Shown piece by piece: positions 1 to 9,683 of a DNA stretch of 37,582 nucleotides. Under the pieces are notes generated by a model. It did no database searches and had not been told where the DNA came from. It saw only the letters and a list, made by a program, of their open reading frames with translations. Numbering within the stretch: position 1 is the stretch's first letter; every line of letters starts with the position of its first letter. This DNA is from an uncultured Bacteroidales bacterium. Lineage in GTDB: Bacteria > Bacteroidota > Bacteroidia > Bacteroidales > Muribaculaceae. Where the stretch lies: contig CACZNP010000174.1 of the NCBI GenBank assembly GCA_902782545.1, forward strand, positions 1 through 37,582, written 5' to 3'. Both the position numbers and the translations under genes were made by a program.

Positions 1-27
1 AAACTAAAAACTTATCTCTGAAACTTA

Positions 28-1512
28 TCACTTCTTATTCAATGCGATGCGGGCCTGCAACTCCCAGGTGCGGATGCGGTCCTTGTACAGGTTGTTGCGG
101 TTCATCTTTTCCACGTCCAAACTGGCGTCACTGTTGTCGTCCCAGCGACGGCACATGTACACAGGCTCATACACACGGCCAATTTGGTAGGTACGCGAGA
201 TGTTCAGGCCCAGCGCATAATCCTCGCCGTAACTGGTGTTCGGTATCTTCACGTCACGGAGCACGGGTGTATAGAATGCGCGGGGAGCACCCAGACCATT
301 GATGCGCAACGCATTGTTGCGGCCATTCTCGGGCGTCCATTCCTTGTGGTCAATCACACCGGGAGGAATGGGGTTGCAGTTGATGTCGGTCATCAGGTAA
401 GTGCCCACAACCATCGCCACATTCTGCTCGTAGAATGCGTTCACCATCGTCTGCAGGGTATGCTCGTCCTTGTACATGTCATCGCTGTCGAGTTGCACAA
501 TGAACTTGCCGGCTTTCTCGTGGTGTGCGGCAAGGTTCCAATATCCGCCAATTCCCATGTCGTAGTAGTCGGCAATGATGTGGATCAGGCGTGGGTCATC
601 GTAGGAGGCAATGGCTTCGCGGGTGCCATCGGTCGAGAAGTTGTCCACCACCATCAGGTTGAACTTGAAGTTGGTCTGCTGGCGCAACACGCTGTCGATG
701 GCGTCGCGGATTGTGCGGATGCGGTTGCGCACGGGAATCATCACCGTGGCCTCCACCTCAAACCGGTCGTGGTCAAACTCGATGTGCTTGAAATTGGGGA
801 CGAGTTTTCCGTTCTCTTCTTTCTCGGGAGCCAGGTATCCACCGATTTCCTTCAGGTGCTCGGTGCAAGCCTTTTCCATCTCTATTTGGCGGCCACGGTT
901 GCGCGGATCCACATAGTCGAAGATTTTCTCTCCGCTCTTGCGGGTATCGAGTTCCACATCACTGTAGAGGAACTCGTTGATGTGAACAATCTGGGCGAAT
1001 TGAGACAACTTGAGGCGCAGGTCGTAAAGTCCGGCGAACTCATAGTCGGCCTTCATCGCTTGCGCGGCTTTCTTGAAGCAGCAGCCACAGAAGAACAGCA
1101 CACTGCCGAAGTCAAAATCATCACGCAACGAGCCAAACTGATAATCAATCACGGGTGCTTTGTCGGCGCCCTTCTCGGTCACATTGTAGTGGTCGGCATA
1201 GAGCATTCCGGCCTGCGTGTCGTCGGCAAGTTTGACGAAACGCTCAACGGCAAACGGCCCGAACTTGAGCGTGTCGTACTTGGTGTAGAGCATCACATAG
1301 TCGGCGCTGGCATGGCCGGCTATGACCTGAATGGTCTCGCTGGCGGTGAGGTTCTTCACGTGGAGGGTGTGGCAACCTTCCACTTGGGCCTCCACGCCTG
1401 GAGCGGCCAGCAAGAAGATGTTTTTCACCAGTTCGTTCTCCTGGAGATGAGCGATGGTTTGCGCAGCCTGCTCGGCAGTGGCAAACGGAATGAAGCAATC
1501 AATTCTTCCCAT
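28..1512 (-). CDS. Glycosyltransferase family 2 protein (N-terminal degenerate GT-A-like domain + C-terminal GT2 domain)
   Basis: C-terminal GT2 motifs: TVMIPVRNR, VVDNFSTDGT, DxD-type QLDSDD, GEDY. The architecture matches the conserved ~490 aa Bacteroidales GT2 found near 'xanthan lyase'/DUF4922/SpoIID genes. Confidence 0.85.
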   Translation of the reverse strand: MGRIDCFIPFATAEQAAQTIAHLQENELVKNIFLLAAPGVEAQVEGCHTLHVKNLTASETIQVIAGHASADYVMLYTKYDTLKFGPFAVERFVKLADDTQAGMLYADHYNVTEKGADKAPVIDYQFGSLRDDFDFGSVLFFCGCCFKKAAQAMKADYEFAGLYDLRLKLSQFAQIVHINEFLYSDVELDTRKSGEKIFDYVDPRNRGRQIEMEKACTEHLKEIGGYLAPEKEENGKLVPNFKHIEFDHDRFEVEATVMIPVRNRIRTIRDAIDSVLRQQTNFKFNLMVVDNFSTDGTREAIASYDDPRLIHIIADYYDMGIGGYWNLAAHHEKAGKFIVQLDSDDMYKDEHTLQTMVNAFYEQNVAMVVGTYLMTDINCNPIPPGVIDHKEWTPENGRNNALRINGLGAPRAFYTPVLRDVKIPNTSYGEDYALGLNISRTYQIGRVYEPVYMCRRWDDNSDASLDVEKMNRNNLYKDRIRTWELQARIALNKK

Positions 1513-1625
1513 AGTCTTTTTGTTGTTTTATTGATTTTATTGATTATTGTCTGATTTTTTTGTTTGAAGTGAGTTCTCGGCGAGCCATCACCTCACAGGT
1601 GCGCAGCCGGCATTCCTAACGGGCA

Positions 1626-4600
1626 CTATTTCTGATTCATGAAATCAAGGATGTTTTTCATCAACGCATCGCGCTGTGTCGAGGTCTTGATGGTCTCGAA
1701 CGGGTATCCCATCACCACGGTGCGGTAACCCTCACGTTGGCTCACGATGGCTGCTGGGATGTTGTTCTCGCTGTAGCGCATCCAGGTGGCACCTTTGCTG
1801 TCGGCGGGGCGAATGGCATCGGGCGACTGCACGGAGTAGAATTTGTCGTTCAGTTGGTTGTGGAAGTCGTAGGTGACCTCATCGGACAACAGACTGCTCG
1901 GCGTGGGCACTGTGTAGGCCTGTCCCCTGAGGGTGGCACGGCCGTCCACATATTCATAGCCCAGCACATTCTTGGCGAAATCTTTGTCGGCCTGCTCGGG
2001 ATTCTCCTTGTCCCAGATGTCACTGGCCACATACGAGCCGCTCACCAGCACATTGCCACCGGCCGATGTGTAGGCGGTCAGTGAGCGCTGCAGCGCGGCT
2101 GGGAAGGCTTGATAGCGGTCGGGCATCGCACCACGGCCGTTCTTGGTGGTCTTCTGCTTGCCCAAAATCAGGTCCACGGCATTGAATCCGTTCAGTGTCA
2201 CAAAGCCGTCTTCGACCGCCTTGACACTGCTCGAGACAAATGTGTATCCGGCTTTCAGAATCGATGCACCGTGAAGTCCTGGATAATCAAACGTGTTACC
2301 GGCAATGACCTCGGTCTCGTGATTGCTGCGGCAGGCACCAAAGCCCGGAGCATCGTCATCACGCCACGGCAGGTTGCGGCGGAACTCATGCTGGGCACCC
2401 AGGAAATTGATTTGCTGCATGTAGGGCACTCCGTGGTCTTTCTCGTTGTAGAATCCGGCCAACTTCTCACCGTCGAACCATTCGGGGGCACTCACGCGGG
2501 TGAAACCATTCACCACCATCACAGTGCCTTTGCTGCCAGGAGCCACACCCAAGGCAAGCGTCTCGCTGGGGAAACTGCGACCACCGTCGTTCATGGCAAC
2601 AATGCGGTACTGGTGCAACTGATTGTCGGCAATGCTCACCACATACTGTGTGGTCGATGCGATGGCCTTTTCCACAAATGCACCGTCCTCGCCCACCTTC
2701 TCCATCACGATGTAGCGCGTGGGGTCAGCATTGTCGCACAATTCATCGCGCGTGGGGCGCCACGACAGCAGGAACTGGTTACCCGTCACTGGGGTGATGG
2801 CAAACGAGTTCACGGGTAAGGGCTGCACCACATAGTTACGGTGGTCGCGCTTGGCGATGAACTTGAGCATGCCTTTGTAAATGGCGCGGCTCACGTCAAA
2901 GCGGAAGTTGGGGTCCAAGCCGTATTTCATATCGGCAAAATTCTGGTGCGACAGCAACTCCATGAGCAGGGCGGGCACTTCGGGCACACGGGCCTCGTAA
3001 TAGGCCTTGTCCCACATGCCGCGACGCGTCCAGTTGGGTTCATATTTCTTGCGGATGTCGTTCACCACCTCGGTCGACACCAAGTCAGCATATTGGCGCG
3101 AAAGTTCGCGAGGGGTTCCGTTTTCGTATTTCCCGAAGTTTTTCCCGTCCTTGCGGGTGCTGTAGATGAGCAATGTTCCAATGATGTCATCGTTGGGGGT
3201 TGTTCCGGCATCGGTGTGCAAGCAGAAGGACACATCCACAGGAATGTTCAGTCCCTTGGATTTGGGCAACACATCGCTGCCGCCAGCCAGGTAGTTCACC
3301 CACTCGCCACGGCTGCGGTAATCGTCCACATAGTCGTTGATACCTGTGGAGGTGGAGTACACTTCGTGCGGGAAGCCTGCCCATTGCAGGTAATACCTCG
3401 CGCCGATGTGGAACCAGGGATGCTCTCCGCTGCCCACCCACTTGTAGTCGATGTCCTCCTTGCCCAGGTATTTCTCATCGCCGTTCTCGGCGGCAATGCG
3501 CTTGTTCTCCTCGGTGGGCAGTGCCACACGGCGCACGATATTGCCCTTGCCGCCACCCACGCGGATTGCGTCGGCAGTGACTATGCCGTCTTTGGTCTCA
3601 CTCTGGTTGCTCAAGGTCACGAAGTCCTTGTTCAGTCCTTTTTTCATATCGAAGGTGCCCAAATACACCCACACGCCGCCGCCCATGGTCTGGTCCACTT
3701 TGAATGTGTGTGTGCCATTGAGGGCGTTGACCGTATAGAGGGCATCCTTGACACTCTTTTTCACGGTTTTGTACGAAATATACAGGGCAAAACTGCCGGC
3801 TTCGGGCATATCGACATCCCACGAGGCGGTCGACAGTTTTTTCTTGTCACGCTCGGCCTTGACCATACGGTAGGTGCCTTCCTCAAAGGGGTTCTCAAAG
3901 TCCTTATAGGTGGAGCGGGCATAGGCAAATCCCTTTTCCTTGCCCTGCTCCCACTTGCGCTTGCCGTTCTTCTCGGCATAGGTTTGCTGGGCCTGGCCAC
4001 CGTCGTTGTCGACCACTACCCCAAAGTTGTGTGTGTCGCGCTCACGGGCATCCCACACATAGGCTCCTGCATTTTCGAGCATGGGCATGAGGAACGGTAT
4101 CACATAACTGTGGGTGTACATGTCCTCCACCGTGTTGAAGATGCGGGCACGCTGCCACTCCCAACGGTTGAGCAACGGCTCGAAATACCATCCGTGGCTG
4201 GGCCACAAGGCAATGATGTTGCCGTCAAGACCGCTCTTGTAGTGGCGGTTGGGGTCCAACTGTGTGATGAACGGCGCATGACTGCGCTTGTAACTGGTCT
4301 CGAAATTGGTGAAATACTGGTCAATGTCGGCACCGGCAATGCTCAGTTTCACTTCATGGCCTCCATAGGACTCGCCCAGGGCGCGACGGATGCCGCTTTT
4401 TAGTTGGTCGATGCTCGCCACCGTGAATGGCACATCCCCGAAATTCTCACTCAGGTCCACCTCAATGGCATCGTCGGTGACATTCACGCTGCGTGCCTTC
4501 AGCGTACCTATCTCCATGTGGGCAGGAAGCACTGACGCTATCACTTGTTGAACACCGGCGAGTTGTGCCTCGCTCAACTCATGTGCTTGTACGGGCATGC

Positions 4601-4655
4601 AGGCCAGCACCAGGGTGCCTACCCATGCACACACGCTCCTTAAACTCTTGTTCAT
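1626..4655 (-). CDS. Large exported N-acetylmuramoyl-L-alanine amidase (Amidase_3)-like protein with an inserted beta-sandwich (golvesin/Xly-CBD-like) domain, FN3 and a C-terminal alpha/beta domain; this family is often annotated 'xanthan lyase'
   Basis: Start reassigned to ATG at 4655 (MNKSLRS..., signal peptide ending VQA). Amidase_3 Zn/catalytic motifs: IALWPSHG, TVED, FCLHTDAG, LMELLSH. FN3 motif: LLSW...YRIVAMNDGGRSFPSE. Confidence 0.75.
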   Translation of the reverse strand: MNKSLRSVCAWVGTLVLACMPVQAHELSEAQLAGVQQVIASVLPAHMEIGTLKARSVNVTDDAIEVDLSENFGDVPFTVASIDQLKSGIRRALGESYGGHEVKLSIAGADIDQYFTNFETSYKRSHAPFITQLDPNRHYKSGLDGNIIALWPSHGWYFEPLLNRWEWQRARIFNTVEDMYTHSYVIPFLMPMLENAGAYVWDARERDTHNFGVVVDNDGGQAQQTYAEKNGKRKWEQGKEKGFAYARSTYKDFENPFEEGTYRMVKAERDKKKLSTASWDVDMPEAGSFALYISYKTVKKSVKDALYTVNALNGTHTFKVDQTMGGGVWVYLGTFDMKKGLNKDFVTLSNQSETKDGIVTADAIRVGGGKGNIVRRVALPTEENKRIAAENGDEKYLGKEDIDYKWVGSGEHPWFHIGARYYLQWAGFPHEVYSTSTGINDYVDDYRSRGEWVNYLAGGSDVLPKSKGLNIPVDVSFCLHTDAGTTPNDDIIGTLLIYSTRKDGKNFGKYENGTPRELSRQYADLVSTEVVNDIRKKYEPNWTRRGMWDKAYYEARVPEVPALLMELLSHQNFADMKYGLDPNFRFDVSRAIYKGMLKFIAKRDHRNYVVQPLPVNSFAITPVTGNQFLLSWRPTRDELCDNADPTRYIVMEKVGEDGAFVEKAIASTTQYVVSIADNQLHQYRIVAMNDGGRSFPSETLALGVAPGSKGTVMVVNGFTRVSAPEWFDGEKLAGFYNEKDHGVPYMQQINFLGAQHEFRRNLPWRDDDAPGFGACRSNHETEVIAGNTFDYPGLHGASILKAGYTFVSSSVKAVEDGFVTLNGFNAVDLILGKQKTTKNGRGAMPDRYQAFPAALQRSLTAYTSAGGNVLVSGSYVASDIWDKENPEQADKDFAKNVLGYEYVDGRATLRGQAYTVPTPSSLLSDEVTYDFHNQLNDKFYSVQSPDAIRPADSKGATWMRYSENNIPAAIVSQREGYRTVVMGYPFETIKTSTQRDALMKNILDFMNQK

Positions 4656-4736
4656 CACTGTATTGCTTTGCGTTAGTTTATGTTTTGTTTCTGGTAAAAT
4701 ACGCCACTTCACTACAGGGTACAGCATATCTCACTA

Positions 4737-4744
4737 CAAAAATA
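4737..4744 (-). promoter_or_regulatory. Bacteroidetes sigma-A -7 element (TATTTTTG) upstream of the large amidase and GT2 genes
   Basis: caaaaata on + strand = TAnnTTTG on - strand, ~80 nt upstream of ATG 4655. No clean -33 element. Confidence 0.5.
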
Positions 4745-4874
4745 AAACAAACATTCCTAAACGAAAAGCAATTCACGCACGAAATGAACGAAATAAACAA
4801 TATTTATAATTTAACTACACATTTTTAGAAAACAACCCTTAAAACCCTCTTCACAATCCCAACCCCACCCACAC

Positions 4875-4928
4875 AAAAATCCCGCCGGCCCCACAGAACG
4901 GAAACGGTTCTCTGCGAGATCGGCGGGA
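4875..4928 (-). terminator. Rho-independent terminator after the sugar kinase gene
   Basis: TCCCGCCG (4880-4887) / CGGCGGGA (4921-4928) stem, extendable with G-U pairs on the - strand. A-run 4875-4879 gives the U-tract on the - strand. Confidence 0.7.
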
Positions 4929-4971
4929 ATGATTCTTTCGGACGCGGCGGCTGAATGCCGTGCGCACGCGG

Positions 4972-5892
4972 TCAGGATTTGTTTTGGAGTTTCAGCCGCT
5001 CGCGCTCACGGCGGGTGAGGGGCTTGTCGCTGTTGTTGGTGGAATGATAAGTCACCAAACCGGGCATGGAATTGCGCACAATCTTCTTCACCTGGGCACC
5101 AAACTCGTTAGCCACCTCAAGCAGCAACTCGCTGAAGGTGGTGGCCACCGTACCGACAAACGACACGGGATAATTGACATAGTCATACTGGCTGATGTTG
5201 CGCGTAAAGAAACGCTTGAACTCGTTGCGCACAAGCATACGCACATAGTCTTCGTCGAGATGCTCGCTCAGGAAGAAGGCATAGGCCCTCAGATTGCGAT
5301 TGGCGGCGGCATTGCTGTACACCGAATCCATGATGTCCTCTGGTGTCACCTTGTAGGTGTCGAAGAATTCCTCACTCAATTGCTTGGGAGCAAGGTCCTT
5401 GAGCACATCACCCAGGAAGAGGCGCCCCAATGCCGAGCCACTGCCCTCATCGCCCAAAATAAATCCCAACGGGCGGACGTTCTTCACGATTTCCTTGCCG
5501 TCGTAGAAGCACGAGTTGCTGCCCGTCCCCAAAATGCAGGCCAAACCGGCATCATGCACCAGCAACCCACGTGCCGCACCCAGCAAATCGCTCATCACGG
5601 TCACAGGTGTCTTGAACTGGGCTACTAGCGAAGCCTCGACAATGGCATTCTTCTCCACGCTGCTGCAACCGGCCCCATAATAGTAGATGTGATTCCAACG
5701 ACGCTTGAAGAAAACCTCGGGCAACTCCAGCCTGATGCTGTGGCTGATCTCGCGACGGGTTTGGAAAAACGGGTTCATACCCGTGGTGAATGCCTGCTCA
5801 ACAATCTCATCGCCCGACACGAGTGTCCACTCGGTACGCGTGCTGCTGCTCTCGGCAATCACGTTAATGACTTGATTCGTACTCATACTCAT
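4972..5892 (-). CDS. BadF/BadG/BcrA/BcrD-family ASKHA sugar kinase, MurK-like (N-acetylmuramic acid / N-acetylglucosamine kinase)
   Basis: Phosphate-1-like IAESSSTRTEW, TGMNPFF, FY/YYGAGC, catalytic SDLLGAARG, ACILGTGSNSC, GFILGDEGSG. ATG at 5892 or 5886. Confidence 0.8.
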   Translation of the reverse strand: MSMSTNQVINVIAESSSTRTEWTLVSGDEIVEQAFTTGMNPFFQTRREISHSIRLELPEVFFKRRWNHIYYYGAGCSSVEKNAIVEASLVAQFKTPVTVMSDLLGAARGLLVHDAGLACILGTGSNSCFYDGKEIVKNVRPLGFILGDEGSGSALGRLFLGDVLKDLAPKQLSEEFFDTYKVTPEDIMDSVYSNAAANRNLRAYAFFLSEHLDEDYVRMLVRNEFKRFFTRNISQYDYVNYPVSFVGTVATTFSELLLEVANEFGAQVKKIVRNSMPGLVTYHSTNNSDKPLTRRERERLKLQNKS

Positions 5893-5957
5893 CAGCAAAC
5901 TGAGTTAAAATCTCGATTTTAAAGTTAACAAGTGTTGATAACCATGCTTTGCACTTG

Positions 5958-5989
5958 CAAAGTTAACCACAAATCATCAGATAGTCAAA
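5958..5989 (-). promoter_or_regulatory. Sigma-A promoter for the kinase: TTTG-N20-TAACTTTG
   Basis: caaagtta at 5958-5965 and caaa at 5986-5989 with 20 nt spacing; matches the Bacteroides -33/-7 consensus. Confidence 0.7.
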
Positions 5990-6061
5990 GAAAAAGCAAG
6001 CGCGCATCGGCGCGTTAAGCAAAATTTAATGCACTTTTGCTAATATTAACTATTTGTTGGT

Positions 6062-6105
6062 AAATACCCAGGGTGGCCCACCTAATGTGAACCATCCCTG
6101 GGTAT
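6062..6105 (-). terminator. Terminator hairpin after the T9SS amidase
   Basis: Perfect 10-bp inverted repeat ATACCCAGGG (6064-6073) / CCCTGGGTAT (6096-6105), ~20 nt past the stop codon. Short U-tract. Confidence 0.65.
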
Positions 6106-6124
6106 GGTTTGTTGAGAATCTGTG

Positions 6125-8545
6125 TCAATGCGCCACGGCCACTTTGTGGGTCGACACGATACCGTTGATGTACACTTTGAGCACATACACACCGGCAGCG
6201 AAACCACTCACGTTCACGTAGTTGGTGGCATTGCGGGCTACAGTCTGTCCCTTGGCATCAATCAACTCCACTCCTTGCACCTGACTGTCGGCGGCAACCA
6301 CCAGATAGTCGCTTGCGGGATTGGGGCTCACAAACACGTTGTTGAGTGTCACCTCCTCCAGGGCAGTGGGCTTGAACTTGACCAAATTGTCAAGCCTGAT
6401 GGTGCCCTTACGGCCCTGCTTGGACCCATTCTTCACCATCTTGAGGCCAGCAAAATGATAGGTGCCTGTATGGGTCAGTGTGGAAGAAAGTATGTCCACT
6501 CCCATAAACTGCCAACCCACGAAATCCACCTCACCCAGATCAACCCATTCCACATCGGCACTGCCCTCGGGAGTGAATCCGGCGAACAGATGGTTGAAAC
6601 TCATGTCACCATACACATACAGACCCATACCGTCGCTCGAGGAGAAGGCATCCTCCTGTTCGGGTGCCGCAATTTGCATCTCACCACCCTCGATTTGGTT
6701 TTCGAAGGTGTAGGCCAACTGCAACGACTTGGAGCCGAACAGGGCGGTCGACGAAGCGGTGAGTTTCACGGTTGCGGGATTGTCGCTCTCCACATCCACA
6801 CTGTTGAAGCCTGTTGTGACCTCAAATGGCTCTATCAACTGACTCGACTCAAGCGGGACGCTCACATCGGTGGGGGTGAAATGGTATTCGATGGGCTGGG
6901 CAAGTTTCAGTCCCAAGGTGTCGCTCATATCTGTGTCTACCACAATCTTGTATTCCTCGCCAGGTTCCAATTCCTTGCTCAACGGGAAGCGCACCCAGCC
7001 ATAGTCATCGCCATCATCATTGTACTTGAGCGAGCGCTTGTTCCACGCCATCTCATTGCCCTCGGCATCAAAGATGTGCATATAGTTCATCACGTTGTAG
7101 GCATCGATGAGCGAATCGGTGCGGAACTCGGCATTCAGTGACTTGTAGTGCGGAGTTGACCCCTCGCGAGGATAGATGGCCAACTCGTTGATGTGGTTGC
7201 GGCTCTGTGTGGTGAATTCCAGCACAAAGTCCTCTTCCATGGGCGTGCCGCCTCCATGCTTGGCGCTCCGATTGAGGGTCAGGGTGTAGTGGGTGGACAC
7301 TTCATAGGCATCGGTCGGTGTGAACCGCAACCGGTAGTTGGCGTCTTCCCATTGCAAGGTGCCCTCCACCGGGGGCTCAATGCTGAAGGCGTCTTCCACG
7401 CTCTCGGTATCCATGTCCCAGTTGAATTCCAGCACGATGGGGGCATTGCAGCGCACAGGGGCGTCGCCTTCCTGCCACTGTGGGGCATAGTTCACCACCT
7501 CGGGCGGGGTGTTGCGCTGACGCTTGAGGTCAAAGTTCTGATATGTTTTCGATTGGGCGGTCACCTCCACCTGGGCCGATTTGCTGAAGTAGTCGGGGTG
7601 GCTCACCTCCACGGTGTAGGTGCCGGGCTCCACATACTTGAACAGGTAGATGCCGTTGCGCACGGTGTCGGTCTTGTAACTGTCCAGTTCATTGCCGTCG
7701 GCGTCGAGCAACCGCACGGTGGCCTCATTCACCGGCACGCGCTTGTCGGCTCCGATCATGGTACGGATATCGGTACGCGGCAGACGGTCGTCGCGGATGG
7801 CTCCGCTGATGATGCCTTTGTCGAAAAGGTCCAGACGGTCAAAATAGGCATCGGCTCCCAGCGAGAAAGCCCATCCCTCGACCCAGCAATACTCATGGTT
7901 GATCAGGCGGTAAGCCTCAGGATAATAGTCATGGAACGAGCCCTCGTCAAGGATGGCGGGCACGCGGTTGCCGCGCAACACACCGTAGCCCTGTGTGCCC
8001 CAGCCGGGCTGGAAAGTCCAGTCGCCGTACTCGGCATACTTGTCCTGCGACCACACAGTGCTCTTGTTGTCGATGATATAAGGTGCAAGCGCACGCAGCA
8101 GCGCCATCGACTTGGGGTTCTCGGGCTGGTTGGTGTAGCCACGGTAGAAACCCATGGGATAGTTGATGGCAGTGGCTTCGCCATAACCAGTGGCATTGCT
8201 GTGGATCGAATAGAAGGCATCGGCTCCGCTGGCATTGCTCAGCGCCACGATGGTCGACAACGCCAGGTCATCGTCCTCGGTGTTCCTCACACGCGAAATG
8301 CTGGTCTTGTAGCCTTTCTTCTTCAGGATTTCCATCAAGGCAAAGCCTTTCCACATGTTGGAGTTCGACTCCCAAAATCCCATGGTGTCGCCTTGCACAA
8401 ACGGTGGGATGACCACATTGCGGTCGTTGCCAGTGTGCCCACCGTGACCGGGGTTGATGTACACGTGTGGCTTGTCCTCGGCCACACTGGTCACAAAAAC
8501 TGCTGCCAGCAGTATTCCTGCGATGATAATCATTGTCTTTTTCAT
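6125..8545 (-). CDS. T9SS-secreted N-acetylmuramoyl-L-alanine amidase (Amidase_3 + carboxypeptidase-regulatory-like + two Ig-like Big_5 domains + beta-sandwich + type A CTD)
   Basis: Signal peptide. Amidase motifs YINPGHGG, WESNSN, YSIHSNA, LDEGSFHD. NGIYLFKYVEPGTYTVEVSHPDY is CarboxypepD_reg-like; IVLEFNWDMD...HYTLTL is Big_5-like. CTD: VFVSPNPASD...AGVYVLKV...THKVAV. Confidence 0.85.
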   Translation of the reverse strand: MKKTMIIIAGILLAAVFVTSVAEDKPHVYINPGHGGHTGNDRNVVIPPFVQGDTMGFWESNSNMWKGFALMEILKKKGYKTSISRVRNTEDDDLALSTIVALSNASGADAFYSIHSNATGYGEATAINYPMGFYRGYTNQPENPKSMALLRALAPYIIDNKSTVWSQDKYAEYGDWTFQPGWGTQGYGVLRGNRVPAILDEGSFHDYYPEAYRLINHEYCWVEGWAFSLGADAYFDRLDLFDKGIISGAIRDDRLPRTDIRTMIGADKRVPVNEATVRLLDADGNELDSYKTDTVRNGIYLFKYVEPGTYTVEVSHPDYFSKSAQVEVTAQSKTYQNFDLKRQRNTPPEVVNYAPQWQEGDAPVRCNAPIVLEFNWDMDTESVEDAFSIEPPVEGTLQWEDANYRLRFTPTDAYEVSTHYTLTLNRSAKHGGGTPMEEDFVLEFTTQSRNHINELAIYPREGSTPHYKSLNAEFRTDSLIDAYNVMNYMHIFDAEGNEMAWNKRSLKYNDDGDDYGWVRFPLSKELEPGEEYKIVVDTDMSDTLGLKLAQPIEYHFTPTDVSVPLESSQLIEPFEVTTGFNSVDVESDNPATVKLTASSTALFGSKSLQLAYTFENQIEGGEMQIAAPEQEDAFSSSDGMGLYVYGDMSFNHLFAGFTPEGSADVEWVDLGEVDFVGWQFMGVDILSSTLTHTGTYHFAGLKMVKNGSKQGRKGTIRLDNLVKFKPTALEEVTLNNVFVSPNPASDYLVVAADSQVQGVELIDAKGQTVARNATNYVNVSGFAAGVYVLKVYINGIVSTHKVAVAH

Positions 8546-8566
8546 AGCGATGCAGTTTTTCTAAGG

Positions 8567-9457
8567 TTATTCGTCAATGTTGATTCTCATCGACGTCAAG
8601 TTGCCGTCGATGGTGGTGTACACAATTCGGCCGCCTCCACAAGTGGGTTGCATGGTCATCGAAGTGGGACGGGTCAACTCGGCCTTGAACGTACCGTCGG
8701 CCTTGAGCAACACAATTTGCGACGAGGTGAACTGGTGCCCGTCGTCGGTGGCGTTTTGCGCCACGAGATAGTGGTCATTGTACCAGCAGGGCATCTCATA
8801 GCGGCCCAGCATGGCCGTCACCTGCCCGCGCAAATCAATCACCACGATACCCTGCTCGGCGGCAAAGAACGCCACGCGCTGGCCATCGGGCGACAACGAC
8901 GCCCACAGATAACCGGCCCACGAATCAACCGGTGAGAACACGCGGTCTTGGCCATCGACAGTGACAAACACCTTGCTGCCCTGGGTCCACACGGCCGTAC
9001 CAATCGATGGCGATGAGGAGTAGTTCCTGGCCGCCGACTTGAGGGCGCCGCCACGGGTGCCCACCGCGGGACGCACAGCGCCATGTTGTGCCTCAAGCAC
9101 GACACGCGACTGCCCCGATGCGGTATTATAGGCATGGCCAGTGCGATAAATCAGGTTGCCCTGTCCGCGTTCCTGTGTCACAAAATACACGTTGCCATCA
9201 CCGCCAAAGAATGCGTCGTTGCCAGCCACAAAACCGTCGCTCACCCGCGACACCACGTTGCTGGCGAAGTCATAAAGTTTCAGCGTGCCGTTCTCTCCGC
9301 TGGAGAACAGCAACCGGTCGCCCGCATCATTGAGCACGGGATAGTAGGCCGGGCCTTCCACGCCTTGCAGCAACCGCGACGTTTCCACCACAGTCACCAC
9401 CTGCCCACTTACTGTGAAGGCAAGCAGGCACAAAAAAGCAAACAGTGTTTTTTTCAT
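8567..9457 (-). CDS. Exported TolB-like beta-propeller protein (copy 2)
   Basis: SPI signal ending VSG-Q. PD40/WD40-like blades (YYPVLNDAGDRLLF, WASLSPDGQRVAF, MPCW, MQPT). No T9SS CTD and no lipobox. Paralog of 10694..11629. Confidence 0.7.
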   Translation of the reverse strand: MKKTLFAFLCLLAFTVSGQVVTVVETSRLLQGVEGPAYYPVLNDAGDRLLFSSGENGTLKLYDFASNVVSRVSDGFVAGNDAFFGGDGNVYFVTQERGQGNLIYRTGHAYNTASGQSRVVLEAQHGAVRPAVGTRGGALKSAARNYSSSPSIGTAVWTQGSKVFVTVDGQDRVFSPVDSWAGYLWASLSPDGQRVAFFAAEQGIVVIDLRGQVTAMLGRYEMPCWYNDHYLVAQNATDDGHQFTSSQIVLLKADGTFKAELTRPTSMTMQPTCGGGRIVYTTIDGNLTSMRINIDE

Positions 9458-9522
9458 CTCCTATTCGTATGGTTTAAGGTTGTTATTACTCTTTTAGGTT
9501 TTCATCACATTTTTTCAAAAAG

Positions 9523-9554
9523 CAAAGTTAAGTATTTTTTCCCAATATGCCAAA
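9523..9554 (-). promoter_or_regulatory. Sigma-A promoter for the propeller 2 / T9SS amidase unit: TTTG-N20-TAACTTTG
   Basis: caaagtta at 9523-9530 and caaa at 9551-9554 with 20 nt spacing. Confidence 0.7.
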
Positions 9555-9624
9555 TTTTGTAACATCCTTACATTCATTTGGTGGGATGATGGTTGGCTCC
9601 ACACCAGAGTCCATGCAAAAGCAG

Positions 9625-9663
9625 AAAAACCCCACCATTCACTCAGCGGCGAATGGTGGGGTT
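9625..9663 (-). terminator. Rho-independent terminator after the short amidase
   Basis: 13-bp perfect stem AACCCCACCATTC (9628-9640) / GAATGGTGGGGTT (9651-9663). A-run at 9625-9629 gives the U-tract on the - strand. Confidence 0.85.
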
Positions 9664-9683
9664 GTAGCGGTCATGGGCGATGC

